A stretch of 64,000 nucleotides of DNA from Octopus sinensis (taxonomy: Eukaryota): contig NC_042997.1 of NCBI RefSeq assembly GCF_006345805.1, positions 52,080,001 to 52,144,000 of the forward strand, in the 5' to 3' direction. This document shows, piece after piece, positions 51,701 to 64,000 of this stretch. The notes below the pieces were generated by a model. That model was not told where the DNA came from. It saw only the letters and a program-made list of their open reading frames with translations, and did not search any database. Each line of letters begins with the position of its first letter. The stretch's first letter is position 1. The translations under genes and the position numbers were made by a program.

Positions 51701-53571
51701 TTTCAAACACACAGTGCTCCATAGCACATTTCATCATATCTACATGTCACTTTTAAACCATCGGAAAATTCCCAGGTTAAAATCATTAAAACACTGGGTT
51801 GATTTAAATAGTAAATAGGAATTTAAAGCTTAACATTTTATTTCACAAAATGAACTAATGCTTAGTGACTCATCAATACTGATGTTCCTGTCAATCTCAG
51901 ATGTTATACCTTGCATTAAACAATTTAGCCAAGTGTTAACGTAAAAAGGTAACTTCAAAACGTTACAATTATTTTATTTATATAGTGATTTCTCTCTCAT
52001 TAAACGGGTATATTATTATGCAAAGAAAAGTACAGTATATTATATTTAAATGATTTAGATTTTCTGTGAAATATCAAACTTTGATACTTCGAATGCTGTT
52101 ACTTTTGTTGATCTTCAAACACTTGGCTTTGCCAATGTTTTCAGCGAAATCAAAGTAAAAACTTGTATTGTTTCAATGCGGGAAGCACATCAAAATAGCA
52201 CCTGCAAGGAATTTGATGTGAGGCTACACGTTCTTGGCAGTGGTTATTTACCACATAATGAAAGGACGTTAAAAAATGTTTTTAATGAAAAATCTCAAAT
52301 TGTCTTTAAATGTTTTGAATTATATTTGTTATTGAATTAATCATTTATTATATTAAATCCTTTAATATTTAGTTCTCATTTCTGGGAACGACTGTCATTC
52401 ATGGTGTGTTGATGTTATGTGTGAATATACATGCATACGTACATACACGCATATACATACATACATACATACATACATACATACATACATACATACACAT
52501 ACATACATATGTGTATGTATGTGTGTGCTAAACTTCATCAAAAGACTGTCATTTAATACACTATAAGTCTTGAGATTCCTCTGGAATATATTTACGATTG
52601 TCTTTTCAATCAAACCAGACAGTAGATTCATTTTCTGTCCTAAATTTGCTGCTGGGATTCCTAAAGTAGTTTATAATTAACCGCCTTCATACAGTAGGTC
52701 AATTCTTATAACTAGCATGGGACTGGCAAATAGAAAAAAAAAAAGATTGCAAACTTAAGTCCATATCCGAAATTTCAGAAGGAAGTTATTTTTCCCTATA
52801 ATCAGCGGCATCAAAATCAAATTTATCTGCACTTGTTATTTTTTAGCTCCAGGTTAGCTCTAATCCAGCAGATCAGTAATCAACGGAATTCCAGTCGTGT
52901 CCCCCTGACCGTTGTTTTCGTGCATAGAGTGCCCTGAACTATGTTACCCAATGTGTCCTTTTAACACACTGTTGGCTGTGAGTTGAGAAACATTTGGTTA
53001 CTATTTCAAGCACTTATAGTGACCACATAGAAGAGCCATCATTGGCACGTAATTTGTAATGTTGAGTTGATCTATACATGCTGATAAAATTAATTACTAT
53101 AGAATGTGGGACAAATCTAGGCAGAAGAATTATCTAATACTGTAGCGAGAGACAAGCACCGATAAGGAAATAACATAATATTTATTTAAAATTTTGGTAC
53201 AAGGCCAGTATGTTTGAGGGGTGGTTAAGTCGAATTCATCGATCCCAGTCCTTATTTTATCGACTCCGAAAGAATGTAAAGCTAAGTCGACATCAGAGAA
53301 ATTTAAATTCAAAGCTTTATGGTTACAGCTTTGAAAATCTGTGCAGCAAGAAGTCCAGTTAAATATTTAAAATTTGAACTCTTGTTCATGGCTCGTCGGT
53401 TTTCGGTGTATTTACTTTTTTTTTTTCTTGCATGGAATCTTTTTTATGTGGAGTTGGCCAATCAAAACTGATTATCAGCCAGCCCTGTCTGTGCATCATA
53501 TTTGTATCCTCTTGTTCAGACACCACAAAGGCTAGAGGAAACTAGTTTCCAGAAAATTCTTCTCTTTAAAA

Positions 53572-53781
53572 CAGTGGTTCTCAACTTTTTTTTAATATCC
53601 TGGCCAGATCCAAGACCTGAGTATTTTTAGAGGGCCGCACCAAAAAAAAAAAAAATGTAAAGCACAAGTCAATTAAAGAAACATTTATTATGTTTATAAG
53701 AGAAGACTGTCGGGTGGTGGCGCGCCGAAAAGATGCTTGAGAGCCGCATTCGACCCTGAGAGCCACGGTTAAGAAACACTA
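53572..53781. mobile_element. hAT (Charlie-like) MITE
   Basis: TIRs cagtggttctcaac and gttaagaaacacta; 8-bp TSD not clearly preserved. Confidence 0.5.
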
Positions 53782-55205
53782 CTCAAGTCATTATAGCCAT
53801 ATTTGCAATGCTTAGTATGAGGGGTTTCCAGGTAACGCTTCAGACTGGGAACAATCAGTAAACTCTATCTCGACTGCAACAAGTTTTGAAATCATCACTA
53901 CTAGCTAGAGTGTTTACGCAGGCACCCACTTGCGAAAAATAGATATCAACAAATATCTAAACTTACTTTGCACACAAATAAGTAATTTTTTCTATCCAGT
54001 ACGGAAACTTTGCCACAAAGACACATGCACTTTTACATAATGCTAACAATTTAACCCAAACATTCTCACTCACAACAAATATTACATATATACCACAGAT
54101 ATAAACACCCCCTAAAACTCAGGTGAGGTAACATAACATACTAAATTTTATCTATAATAGTAATTATATTCTACATGATAAAACTAGTAATTGTTATCAA
54201 AATAAAATGAGGTCTCCTCAAGCACAGGGAAGTCATTAACTTGCAATGTATAAAGTAAATTTATAACTTTTGTCTTCGTTAATTTTCTATCATTTCACTC
54301 TTAAAAGCTTTTACAGCTTGTCTACCATTCATATTAAGTTAGTTTAGTCGTGTTACCTCACTCACCACTTAGGTGAGCGCTATGCATACCAAATATTTAA
54401 AAGGTGTTGCTACAAAAAAGTGGGTAAGAACCATTGCTATAGACTTTTATTTGCCAGAAGGACATTTTATCTGTTCACTTTTCTTTAACATTTGCTCTGT
54501 ATAATCTCTCTGGCTTGGCAGTGACCCGGTAGAGATCTTGTAATCATGAACAAAACAAAACCTTGGGAAGTAATTAAAAGTGTGTTAAAAATGTTGAAGG
54601 AAGCTAAAGCTTTATGATTCAAAACTTGGATAGATTTCCAGTAACATATATTATTTTAAAAATTGTAATTATTTCTACATTGAATGAGCAAGACTATTTT
54701 TCACGTTGCTCCAGTTCACTCAGCTATAGAAATGCATCGCGATGTCACTAGTGTCAAGCTGTATCGGCCTTTGCCTTTCTCTAGGATAACATCGGCGGCG
54801 TGGAGAGGAGAGACCAGTACGCATGGGCAACTGCTGGTCTTCCATAAACAACCTTGCGCGGACTTTTGCCTCGGAGGATAACTTTCTAGTTGCAATCCCA
54901 TGATCATTAACAAGGACACCTAAGGTAGAGATCGCAAATCTAAATAGTTTGGAGTATCATTTCTTTTAGTTCTATGTTCAAATTCTACCGGAATGGACGC
55001 TACCTTTCATCCTTCCGTCCAGAAATCTATTGTGGATCGATGTGATCAACAGTTATCAACACTTCGTATACATTCAGGAAATCTGTCATACAGCTGACAA
55101 ATCTATCGTTTGGTCTGGCTTCCAGAACGGTTTATTATTGAAACGATTAGAAATAAAACCTAGTATACTATTGCATTCTCACGCGCTAATACACACACAC
55201 ACACA

Positions 55206-55236
<31 letters not shown>

Positions 55237-55326
55237 CCGACAGTGAAATTAAATGTTTTTCTTTTGTTTCTGTTGTCTTCAGATGATTTTCCATTAGTTT
55301 CATGAAAATTTTCTTTTAATTTTTAG

Positions 55327-55451
55327 GGACAGTATTATATTTTCCGTAACCAACAGTGGAACAAGTTTGTTAGCAGGTTTTATAACTTTCCCAGTCTTGG
55401 GTTATATGGCTAACAAAATGAATAAGACTATTGATGATGTCGCTGAATCCG
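55327..55451 (+). CDS. SLC6 transporter exon (TM7 + EL4)
   Basis: Acceptor tttttag|G, donor G|gtatga; DSIIFSVTNSGTSLLAGFITFPVLGYMANKMNKTIDDVAES(G); 125 bp; not in the ORF track, found by manual translation; phases match both neighbours. Confidence 0.94.
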
Positions 55452-55538
55452 GTATGATAATCTTCTTATTAATCATTATTATTATTAATTAATATTAATT
55501 ATTATTATTATTATTATTATTTTATTATTATTATTATT

Positions 55539-55877
55539 GAGTGAGTGAGAGAGCAATTCATGCCATCAAGGTGACACTGGGGTAAAATATACGAAGCCCA
55601 ATATACCCATCATGACTACCCGTCTGATAGGGGTACACCAGGCACATGCATCACAACCATATGTGCACGACATGGTGATCTTATATCAATATAAACAGCA
55701 CATGACCTTGCAGGTGGGGCCCAGTTAGAAATTTCTTCAGGTGGAGTAGCCCATCCCGCTCAAAAGGTCCCTGAATAAGGGTTGTTTAAGGATGTTGAAA
55801 GAACCACCCATGTTTCCAGAGATGAATTATTCAAACCTCAAAGAATCCCTCTCAACACATGGCTATGATGCTCCCCC

Positions 55878-55909
<32 letters not shown>

Positions 55910-56589
55910 CTTTGTAACACAGTGTAGGTAGAAATGCACCTGAGTCTTTAGTCAAGTCACAACAAGGACCTCAGACATATATTATTATTATTATTATTAT
56001 TATTATTGAGTGAGAGAGCAGTACATGCCATCAAAGTGACACTGGGGTAAAATATACGAAGCCCAGTATACCCATCATGACTACCCGTCTGATAAGGGTA
56101 CACCAGACACATGCATCACAACCATATGTGCGCGACAGGGTGATCTCATATCAAGATAAACAGCACATGACCTTGCAGGTGGGGCCCAGTTAGAATTTTC
56201 TTCTGGTCGAGTAGCCCATCCTGCTCAAAAGGTCCCTGAATAAGGGTTGTTTAAGGATGTTGAACGAAACACCCATGTTTCCAAAGGTGAATTTTCCAAA
56301 GCTCCAAGAATTCCTTTCAACACACAGCCATGATACTCCCCCGCTACTTCTGCTCATGATCAGAGATGCACATATCGTGAGCCACTAAGGGACATGCTCA
56401 ACTGGTTATGGTCAAACAACTGACAAGCAAATCTGTGGTATTGAGCAGAATATTTGGTGTAGCCCATCTTTTATACCAAGACAAAACAATGTACATGATA
56501 ACACTTCCAATAAGTTAAGATCAGAATCCATGAGAGTCACAGGCCTGGTACTGCATCAGAGCATTGCCACTGCCTAGTACTGCATCAGG

Positions 56590-56647
<58 letters not shown>

Positions 56648-56823
56648 CAATTTACGTTTGAATTTTGCTTTACATTTGTACAAGTTGGCTCTAAGACTCA
56701 CCCAGAGACCACAAGAGACAACAGGTTGGAAGTTCATGCTAGTGTTACACCTAGTGTGCCATATATTTGGTTTTGTACATAGTGTTGTTGTTGTTGTTCT
56801 TCTTCTTCTTCTTCTTCTTCTAC

Positions 56824-56870
<47 letters not shown>

Positions 56871-57525
56871 AATAATAATAATAACAATGGATAAATTAAA
56901 TACTAGTGAAACACTGGGGTCGATGTAATCGACTGGTCTCCTCCTCACCCCCAAATTTCATCAGACCTTGTGCCTTTAGTAGAAAGGATTATTATTGTTA
57001 TTATTATCATTATTATTATTGAGTGAGAGAGCAATGCATGCCATCAAAGTGACACTGGGGTAAAATATACGAAGCCCAGTATACCCATCATGACTACTCG
57101 TTTAATAAGGGTACACCAGGCACATGCATCACAACCATATGTGCGCGACATAATCTCATATCAAGATAAACAGCACTTGACCTTGCAGGTGGGGTTCACT
57201 TAGAATTTTCTTCTGATCGAGTAGCCCATCGTGCTCAAAAGGCCCTGAATAAGATTTGTTTCAGGATGTTGAACGAAACACCCATGTTTCCAAAGGTCAA
57301 TTATTCAAACCCCAAAGAATTTTTCTCAACACGTGGCTATGATGCTTCTCAACTACTTCCGCTAGTGATCAGAGATGCACATATCATCACCACTAAGGGG
57401 CATGCTCAACTGGTTAAGGTCAAGTAACTGACAAGCAAATCTGTGGTACTGAGCAGAATATTTGCTGTAGCCTGTCTTTTATATCAAGACAAAATATGTA
57501 CATGATAACACTTCCAGTCAGTTAG
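55539..57525 (-). repeat. Three copies of an about 550-bp (TAA)n-bracketed element (55539-55877, 56008-56591, 57021-57525)
   Basis: Each starts gagtgagagagca..catgccatcaaagtgacactggggtaaaatatacgaagccc directly after an (ATT)n run; the reverse complement is at 61921-62472. Confidence 0.9.
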
Positions 57526-57526
57526 G

Positions 57527-57558
<32 letters not shown>

Positions 57559-57559
57559 G

Positions 57560-57733
57560 AAATACTTAGCGGTATTTCGTCCGTTTTTACGTTCTGAGTT
57601 CTAATTCCGCCGAGGTCGGCTTTATTTTTCATCCTTTCGGGGTCGATGAAATAAGTATCAGTTATACACTGGGGTGGATGAAATTGACTATCCCCTCACC
57701 CAAATTGCAGGCCTTGTGCCTATAGTAGAAAGA

Positions 57734-57767
<34 letters not shown>

Positions 57768-57990
57768 TATTATTATTATTATTATTATTACTGTTGTTGT
57801 TTAAGGCGGTGAGCTGGCTGGATGGTTAGCACCTCAAGCCAAATGCATAGCGGCATTTCATCCGTCTTTACGTTCTGGGTTCAAATTCCGCCGAAGTCGA
57901 CTTTGCCTTTCATCTTTTCGGGGTCGATAAATTAAGTACCAGTTGAACACTGGGGTTGATGTAATCGACTCATCACCTCCCCAAAAATGG
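57560..57990 (+). mobile_element. Two family B SINEs separated by (ATT)n
   Basis: Meta-like body gcctttcatc-tttcggggtcgat-aaat-aagtaccag at about 57620 and 57900. Confidence 0.7.
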
Positions 57991-58149
57991 CTGCCCTTGA
58001 GGCAAAATTTGAACCACTATTTGAACCAAAAATTAAACCATTATTATTATTATTCAACACTTGGTAGTTTCAGGAAGATTTCTACTACATACTGCATCAC
58101 CTGCTACTCTTTCGTGTTACTGGAAAATTCGTAGTACATTTTAAATATA

Positions 58150-59060
58150 CGCAGGTGTATATAGAGTTAGCCGACTGGAGAGGGAATGGTGCAAAAGCCT
58201 TGCAAATCTATTCATGCAGTTTTAACTCTCTGATAGATACCGATTGAAACCGTGCAGATATGAAGCTACTGCATCGAGCCATCTAAACTGCGTCTGGATA
58301 GGGCATTTATAGAGAGGGCAAATGGGGTACAGAATGGTCACAGTGTCAACCTGACGACTACACTGACTACAAATTAGTGATCTGCACAGACGCTCGAAGA
58401 CTACAGTAACCGTACTATCGAATTAGTCTAGCGCTAGTTGAGGAGGCAATAATCAACGACTGGTAATGGTGAGCTCTGAAGAGGCAATTCGAATAGATTT
58501 TACAGGATTTAGCAAGGAAGTAACAATTGAGAGAAATTGATTTGAGGATAACTAATGCACAAATTAAGAGGCGATTAGGAAATGCATCTTGATTGATGCG
58601 CTAGCGACGCGAATAAACCTCAGTTATTTCTTCAATGCAAAACATGAAGTTTGTGCTGTCAGAGTAAATCGTGTGCTCTAAGTCACAAAGGGTCAACATA
58701 GCAGAGGTGCAGCGTGGCAACAAACCTACAATTGGGGTTGTAAGAGACCGGAAAGATAGTGAACCTAGGTAACTATCTCTGCGCCCTATCACAATTCTCG
58801 GCAGAAGGCATGAAGTAAAGCGCAAAGCCAGTAATAGTAGCAGAGATACTGTTGCTCGTAAGTGATTGTGCAACGGGGGAAATCAGCTGTTAGGACAATT
58901 TACCCTACTAGTTTTATACTTTCATACAAGACTTGTCTGCCAGCATCTTAGCAGGCGTCAGTTGCAACTGGTATCAGTTGCATTGAATTCTCGGTTCAGT
59001 GAGAGGAGGATTGGTAGCGCCCTTAAAGAAGGGAATGGACTCCAGTACATAATTCTGCTG
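58150..59060 (+). mobile_element. Decayed Tx1-like ORF2 5' portion (endonuclease end + linker)
   Basis: Fragments LDRAF...YTDYKLVIC, AKHEVCAVR, EVQRGNKPTI..RD....EP resemble the Tx1 LDR..DHK.V and post-endonuclease linker; many stops. Confidence 0.45.
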
Positions 59061-59596
59061 AAAGCCTGAGCTACACTGAGAGTAACAAAAGCGTTTTCTT
59101 TTCCCGGCAGAAAGAAAATAAAGCAATACTTTTCGTCACAACACACTAAAATAGCTTCCCAGCAACAGATCTCTCTCCGAAATTTTTGATTATTTTTTAA
59201 TGCATTTGAAAAGTGGAATCTTCCCGAAATATTATGGGGCCATTAATCAAGAAATATAAAGTAATACAATATCTTTTCTCTTTGTTTTTCATTTATTGAA
59301 ACCATTTATATACTTTATTTAATCCTACTTGATTCAATCAACAGAGACAGATTGTTCTCATTTCGACCCAGATGAGGACTAGTCCGAATAAATCAGAATA
59401 CAATAAAACATTCGAAATACGTGAGAGTGAAAATGTAAAAGAAATTATTTTTGCATATAGATTGAAATTGAATGAAACCTTTTAACGAATAGTATTCCAG
59501 TAATATTTCCAGGACTGATTTTGAAAAAGATGGTAATTTAACAAACTGAATACATATTGGATTCTGTAGCGGATGTCTAAATACACACACACACAC

Positions 59597-59634
<38 letters not shown>

Positions 59635-59677
59635 TTATTACCTGTACCTCCGTTCATTTATTTGTTTATATGTGTGT

Positions 59678-59930
59678 GGAGGCGGGTGGTTTAGTGGTTA
59701 GGGTGTTGCACTCATGATCGTAATATTGTTGTTTCCATTCCTGGACCGGGTGATGTGTTGTGTTCTTGGGCATAACACTTCATTTCCCGTTGCTCCATTC
59801 CAATCACCCGGCAAGATGAGTAATCTTGTCACGGCCCATCGTCCCGTCCAGGGTGGGGAATATATACACAACAGAATTCGGGAAACTGGCCGTATGAGCC
59901 TATGGCTCAGGAAGACCTTTCCTCCTTCAT
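59678..59930 (+). mobile_element. CORE-like SINE family C
   Basis: Head ggtttagtggttagggtgttgcactcatgatcg, then tgtgttcttgggcataacacttcatttcccgttgctcca; relatives at about 46008-46260, 54685-54905 and 60710-61003 (-). Confidence 0.7.
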
Positions 59931-60032
59931 GTATGTATATATATATATATATATATACATACACACACATAGCTTACCAGTACTTCTGTTCGCTTGCTTG
60001 TGTGTGTGTGTGTGTGTGCGTGTGTGTGTGTG

Positions 60033-60063
<31 letters not shown>

Positions 60064-60339
60064 TTGGTGGCTAAACTAAATGGAAGCTGTAATAGATTAA
60101 AATTTGTAATTTTAATCTATTACCTATACTTCCATTTATATTACCATTTCAACGGAGGGTGGTATAAATGAAAATAAAAAGATTTAAAACGTTTCTTGCG
60201 GCAGAATTCAGCGTTATAATTGAGGGAAGTAATGGAGAGAAGGGTGTAGCTATTACAACAGGATATCGACTGTTTTAAAATCGAATTCATACACATTGGG
60301 GTGTATATATTCTGATAGTCCAGAAACGTATAGTATGAG

Positions 60340-60680
60340 ATACTGGATATGATAATCGACATAGCATGTGCCGATGACAACAGGATCAAAGAGAAAGGAG
60401 AAAAACTGAACAACTACGATGATTTGAAGTGAGAAATACGAAGGTTATGGTCAATGAGGAGAGTAGACGTGATACCAATAATAATTGGCGCACTTGGAAG
60501 TATCAGCACTCAACTACCAATATGGCTCAAAAAGATTGGTACAAATGTAAAGAGAGAACACCGACAAAAATCAGCATTGCTTGGAACTGCAAGAATTTTT
60601 TGCCGGGTTCTTGAAGCATGCCCAGTAAACAAGTGTCACCTGAGTCTACTGGCTCTGGACAGCTGACACTTTCCATCATA
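60340..60680 (+). mobile_element. RLE-type (R4/Dong-like) LINE 3' fragment, family 1
   Basis: IIDIACADDNRIKEKGEKLNNYDDLK*EIRRLWSMRRVDVIPIIIGALGS...QKSALLGTARIFCRVL, the restriction-like endonuclease C-terminus. Confidence 0.8.
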
Positions 60681-61003
60681 CCCAGCAAAATAAGCTGAAA
60701 CTTTTCATCAAATGATGATGATGATGATGATGCACATTCCCGTCGAAGATGATGTATGAGTATTCAGCTTTTGCCGAACGACCTGCACAGATGATTTGTT
60801 TGTAGTGATCAAATGTTCGTGCTGCACATAAGGTCACTCCCTCCATCAAATCGATATGTACCACGCGTCAGGTGTCGATGCGATTGCAGAGCGACGCGCA
60901 GTGAAGTTCTTTGCTCAAAAACACAACGCACCACTCGGTCTAGGAATTGAAACCACTGTCTCGCGATCGTAAGCACAACACCCAAACCATTAGGCCATGC
61001 ACC

Positions 61004-61856
61004 CAGCCCCTACATGGCAAATATTGGGTTAATCTAAACAGAAAAGAAACAGACGAAGCAAAATCCAAACTATGGCTGAGAAGCTCAGAACTCAGAGCAG
61101 AGACTGGAGGTTTTTTAATTGCAGCACAAAATCAAAGCCTTCCCACCAGAAATCACCAAAAACGTGTATGGAAAAGAAATACAAGTAACTGCAGAATATG
61201 TGGTGATAGAGAAGAAACAATAAGCCATATTGTCTCTGGTTGCCCAGTCCTGGCTAAGAAAGAATATATTCACAGACACGAGTGAGTTGGGACCTATATA
61301 CACTGGAAGCTATGCCAACACTATGGAATAACAAAAGAAAAAATATGGTATAGGTACACCCCATAAAAGGTCACAGAAAATGAGAAAGCAACCATACTCA
61401 GGAATATGCCAATGCACGGAGAAAATGAAATTTAGGCCAACAGGTCGGATATAGTTGTCAGAGCTCACCAAGAAAAAAATTTGCTTTCTAATCGATGTAT
61501 ATATACCAATAGATGACAGTGTTTCTCTAAAAGAAACGGAAAAACTTTCAAAATACAAAGATCTGGAAATAGAGGAAACTCAAATGTGGAGGCTAAAAAC
61601 AGAAACAATTCCTATTATTGTAGGCGCATTAGGCATGATAAAAAAAACATTCAGGCTAACACTTAACAAAAACACTAGAACTTACAAGTATATATAACAT
61701 ACTGAAAATAGCACTACTAGGCACTGCACACATTCTACGTAAAACACTTTCAAAACTGTGAAAATAAGAGCACAGCAAACCACAGCACATCCTCAAGGCA
61801 CAGAGAGATACGTTCAGTAGTGCAATTAAAGCACGTGATAAAAATGAAACTTCTGG
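61004..61856 (+). mobile_element. RLE-type (R4/Dong-like) LINE 3' fragment, family 2, ending in (TAA)n
   Basis: PLHGKY..S.LWL....LRAETGGFLIAAQNQSLPTRN, zinc knuckle CRICG..EETISHIVSGC, ANRSDIVV (PD-like), LIDV, KYKDLEIE, TIPIIVGALG; short 3' UTR, then (AAT)n 61857-61920. Confidence 0.88.
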
Positions 61857-61920
<64 letters not shown>

Positions 61921-61921
<1 letters not shown>

Positions 61922-62472
61922 TGCCCTGATGCAGTGCCAGGCACTGGCTCTCGTAGCTTCCCATTTTAATTGATTAGAAGTGTTATCATGTATATATTTT
62001 GTCTTGGTATAAAAGATGAGCTACAGCAAAAATTCTGCTCAATACCACAGATTTGCTTGTCAGTTGTTTGACCGTAACTAGTTGAGTATGTCCTTTGGTG
62101 GCTGACGATATGCACATCTCTGATCACGAGCGGAAGCCGTTGGGGAGCACCGTAGCCATGTGTTGAGAAGAATTCTTTGGGGTTTGAATAATTCTCCTCA
62201 GGAAACATAGGTGTTTCGTTCAACGTTCTGAAACAAACCTTATTGAGGACCTTTTGAGCAGGATAGGCTACTCGATATGAAGAAAATTTTAACTGGGCCC
62301 CACCTGCAAAGTCATGTGTTGTTTATCTTATATGAGATCACAATATCGCGCGCATATGGTTGAGATGCATTTCCTGCGTACCTTTATCAGACGGGTAGTC
62401 ATGATGAGTATACCGGGCCTCGTATATTTGTACCTCAGTGTCACTTTGATGGCATGCACTCTTCTCTCACTC
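61921..62472 (+). repeat. About 550-bp (TAA)n-bracketed element, full length
   Basis: Starts right after the LINE (AAT)n tail and ends ...ctctcactc-gataataataac; reverse complement of the copies at 55539-57525. Confidence 0.88.
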
Positions 62473-63866
62473 GATAATAATAACAATCTTTTCTACTATA
62501 GGCACAAGGCCTGAAATTTTTAGGGGAGGGGTTAGTCGATTACATTGACCCTAGTGCCCAGAAGAATGAAAGTCAAAGTTGATCTTGGCGAAATTTGAAC
62601 ACTTTCCAACGTTCTTCCAATTCACTCTACCCTCTCACAATAGCTAACCACAGCAACCCAAACTAATCACTTCATATACTAAATTTAATAACAATACTAT
62701 TCCATAATTCCTTGTGATTCAAAAGAAGTCATAGACTTCATGTTGATGCCAACACAAGGAAATTCCGTCTGCACAGATAATGCCATCACATCTGTGTTCT
62801 TGTTCTCGTGCTTCTACCAATATGAAAAGGAACGTATCATCTTTTAATCCATGCATGTTCCTTCTATCAAAGTAATCTTCCTTCTCTCACCTATGTAATA
62901 TATCTAGCCATTTATCTTCCTCTGTGTCGATTCATTCTTCTGTCACCTCAGTAATCATCTAACCATCTGTCTATCTTCCTTATGTTAACTTAGTCACCTT
63001 TCTAATCATTTATCTTCCTTCTTTCCCCGAAGTCATCTATAGTCATCTATCTTCCGTAACTTAAAACGTAAATGGGTCCTCCGCTCGTTTCGACGATGAG
63101 TTTTTCAATTGTTTGATCAATTGGGCTACCTACTTATTGAACAATAGAGCAAACGGTTTGGTATGCAACATATACTATAACCCTTAATGTAATTCTGAAG
63201 TAGATTTCATATGACACAGTGTATGACAAAGCTGAACCTTTACACTGCCGATACAATCCACCCAACACTTGTCCTTGTTTCTGTTAGCCCAGTTTTACTC
63301 ACAAGGCTTGGGTCAACCCAAAATCCACAGAGAGATCAACTCGGTAATGGCTATCTCTTTGTTCAAACATCTCCTTTCTGTCACGTAAATCATCTGTCTG
63401 ACTTCCTTCTACCAGCGGTTTTTTGCTGCAACTGTAAAGCTTGCAATCATGCAAGCCAAAGTTAAAGAGTGTTCTTTTTAGGACTGAAACTTCTTCCATG
63501 TAGAGATAGACGATGAAGCTGTGAGGATAATGCAAAAAGGCAATGACCGATAAATGTCGGCAATAACGTTGCTAACAAGGATGATAATATCAATGATGAT
63601 GATTAAAACAGAATACAATAAAATTCCTGTTCTGAAAATAGCCTCCTCTGCTCTCAACGTTACTAAGATATCGAATTTTCAGTCGAATTAAGAAATTTTC
63701 TTTATGTTGTTCAAAATATGTGCAGATTCTAGTACCATTTGTCTAGCAGCAGCATCGACCCTAATCTAATCCGTTTTACAATCTTTAAAAAAGCTGTCTC
63801 GTCCACCTGATAAATATATCATCGAGTGAACACTTTCTTAAAGATCACATTTCATATTTTAACCAG

Positions 63867-63979
63867 GTCCCGGTATGGCATTTATTGCTTACCCTCAAGC
63901 CGTAGCAACCATGCCAGGAGCTCCGTTTTGGTCCATCCTCTTTTTCCTCATGTTGATTTTACTCGGAATGGACAGTCAG
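63867..63979 (+). CDS. SLC6 transporter exon (EL4 + TM8)
   Basis: Acceptor aaccag|GT, donor CAG|gtaaaa; (G)[37 protein letters not shown]; 113 bp; gene continues beyond the window. Confidence 0.96.
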
Positions 63980-64000
63980 GTAAAATTTTATCTTCTTTTA

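Noticed and set aside
55539-57525. CRISPR-like or satellite array
   Set aside because: Units are 340-580 bp dispersed-element copies separated by (ATT)n; eukaryotic context with no short repeat-spacer structure.
62095-62150. CTGACGA in the 550-bp TAA-flanked element
   Set aside because: Followed by GAAG rather than GAAA, and no stem I complement; not a hammerhead.

Overview
AT-rich, microsatellite-dense metazoan genomic DNA. The SINE content and (TA)n/(CA)n/(TAA)n load suggest an octopus/coleoid cephalopod (inference, not verified). One host gene is present on the + strand: seven GT-AG exons (132, 262, 133, 135, 104, 125, 113 bp) join in frame without stops into about 334 aa of an SLC6/NSS Na+/Cl- dependent transporter of the GABA/taurine/creatine group (TM2 to TM8). 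The TM1 exon was not found and is probably upstream; TM9-12 exons lie downstream. The rest is intronic or intergenic repeat DNA: several tRNA-derived SINE families, decayed LINEs (I/Jockey-like, Tx1/L1-like, RLE R4/Dong-like), a mariner relic, MITEs, Helitron-like elements and long foldbacks. The most notable signal is a set of at least five sequence-unrelated type I hammerhead ribozyme (HHR) families, found by manual folding, with no recognisable Penelope ORF in the window. They include a tRNA-headed SINE fused to an HHR with a 12-bp target-site duplication, a 352-nt tandem HHR repeat resembling a retrozyme, and an HHR with an intact core locked in a perfect 65-bp hairpin inside an SLC6 intron. 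Core variants U3-A8 and C4 recur. All structures were folded by eye and no database search or activity assay was run.
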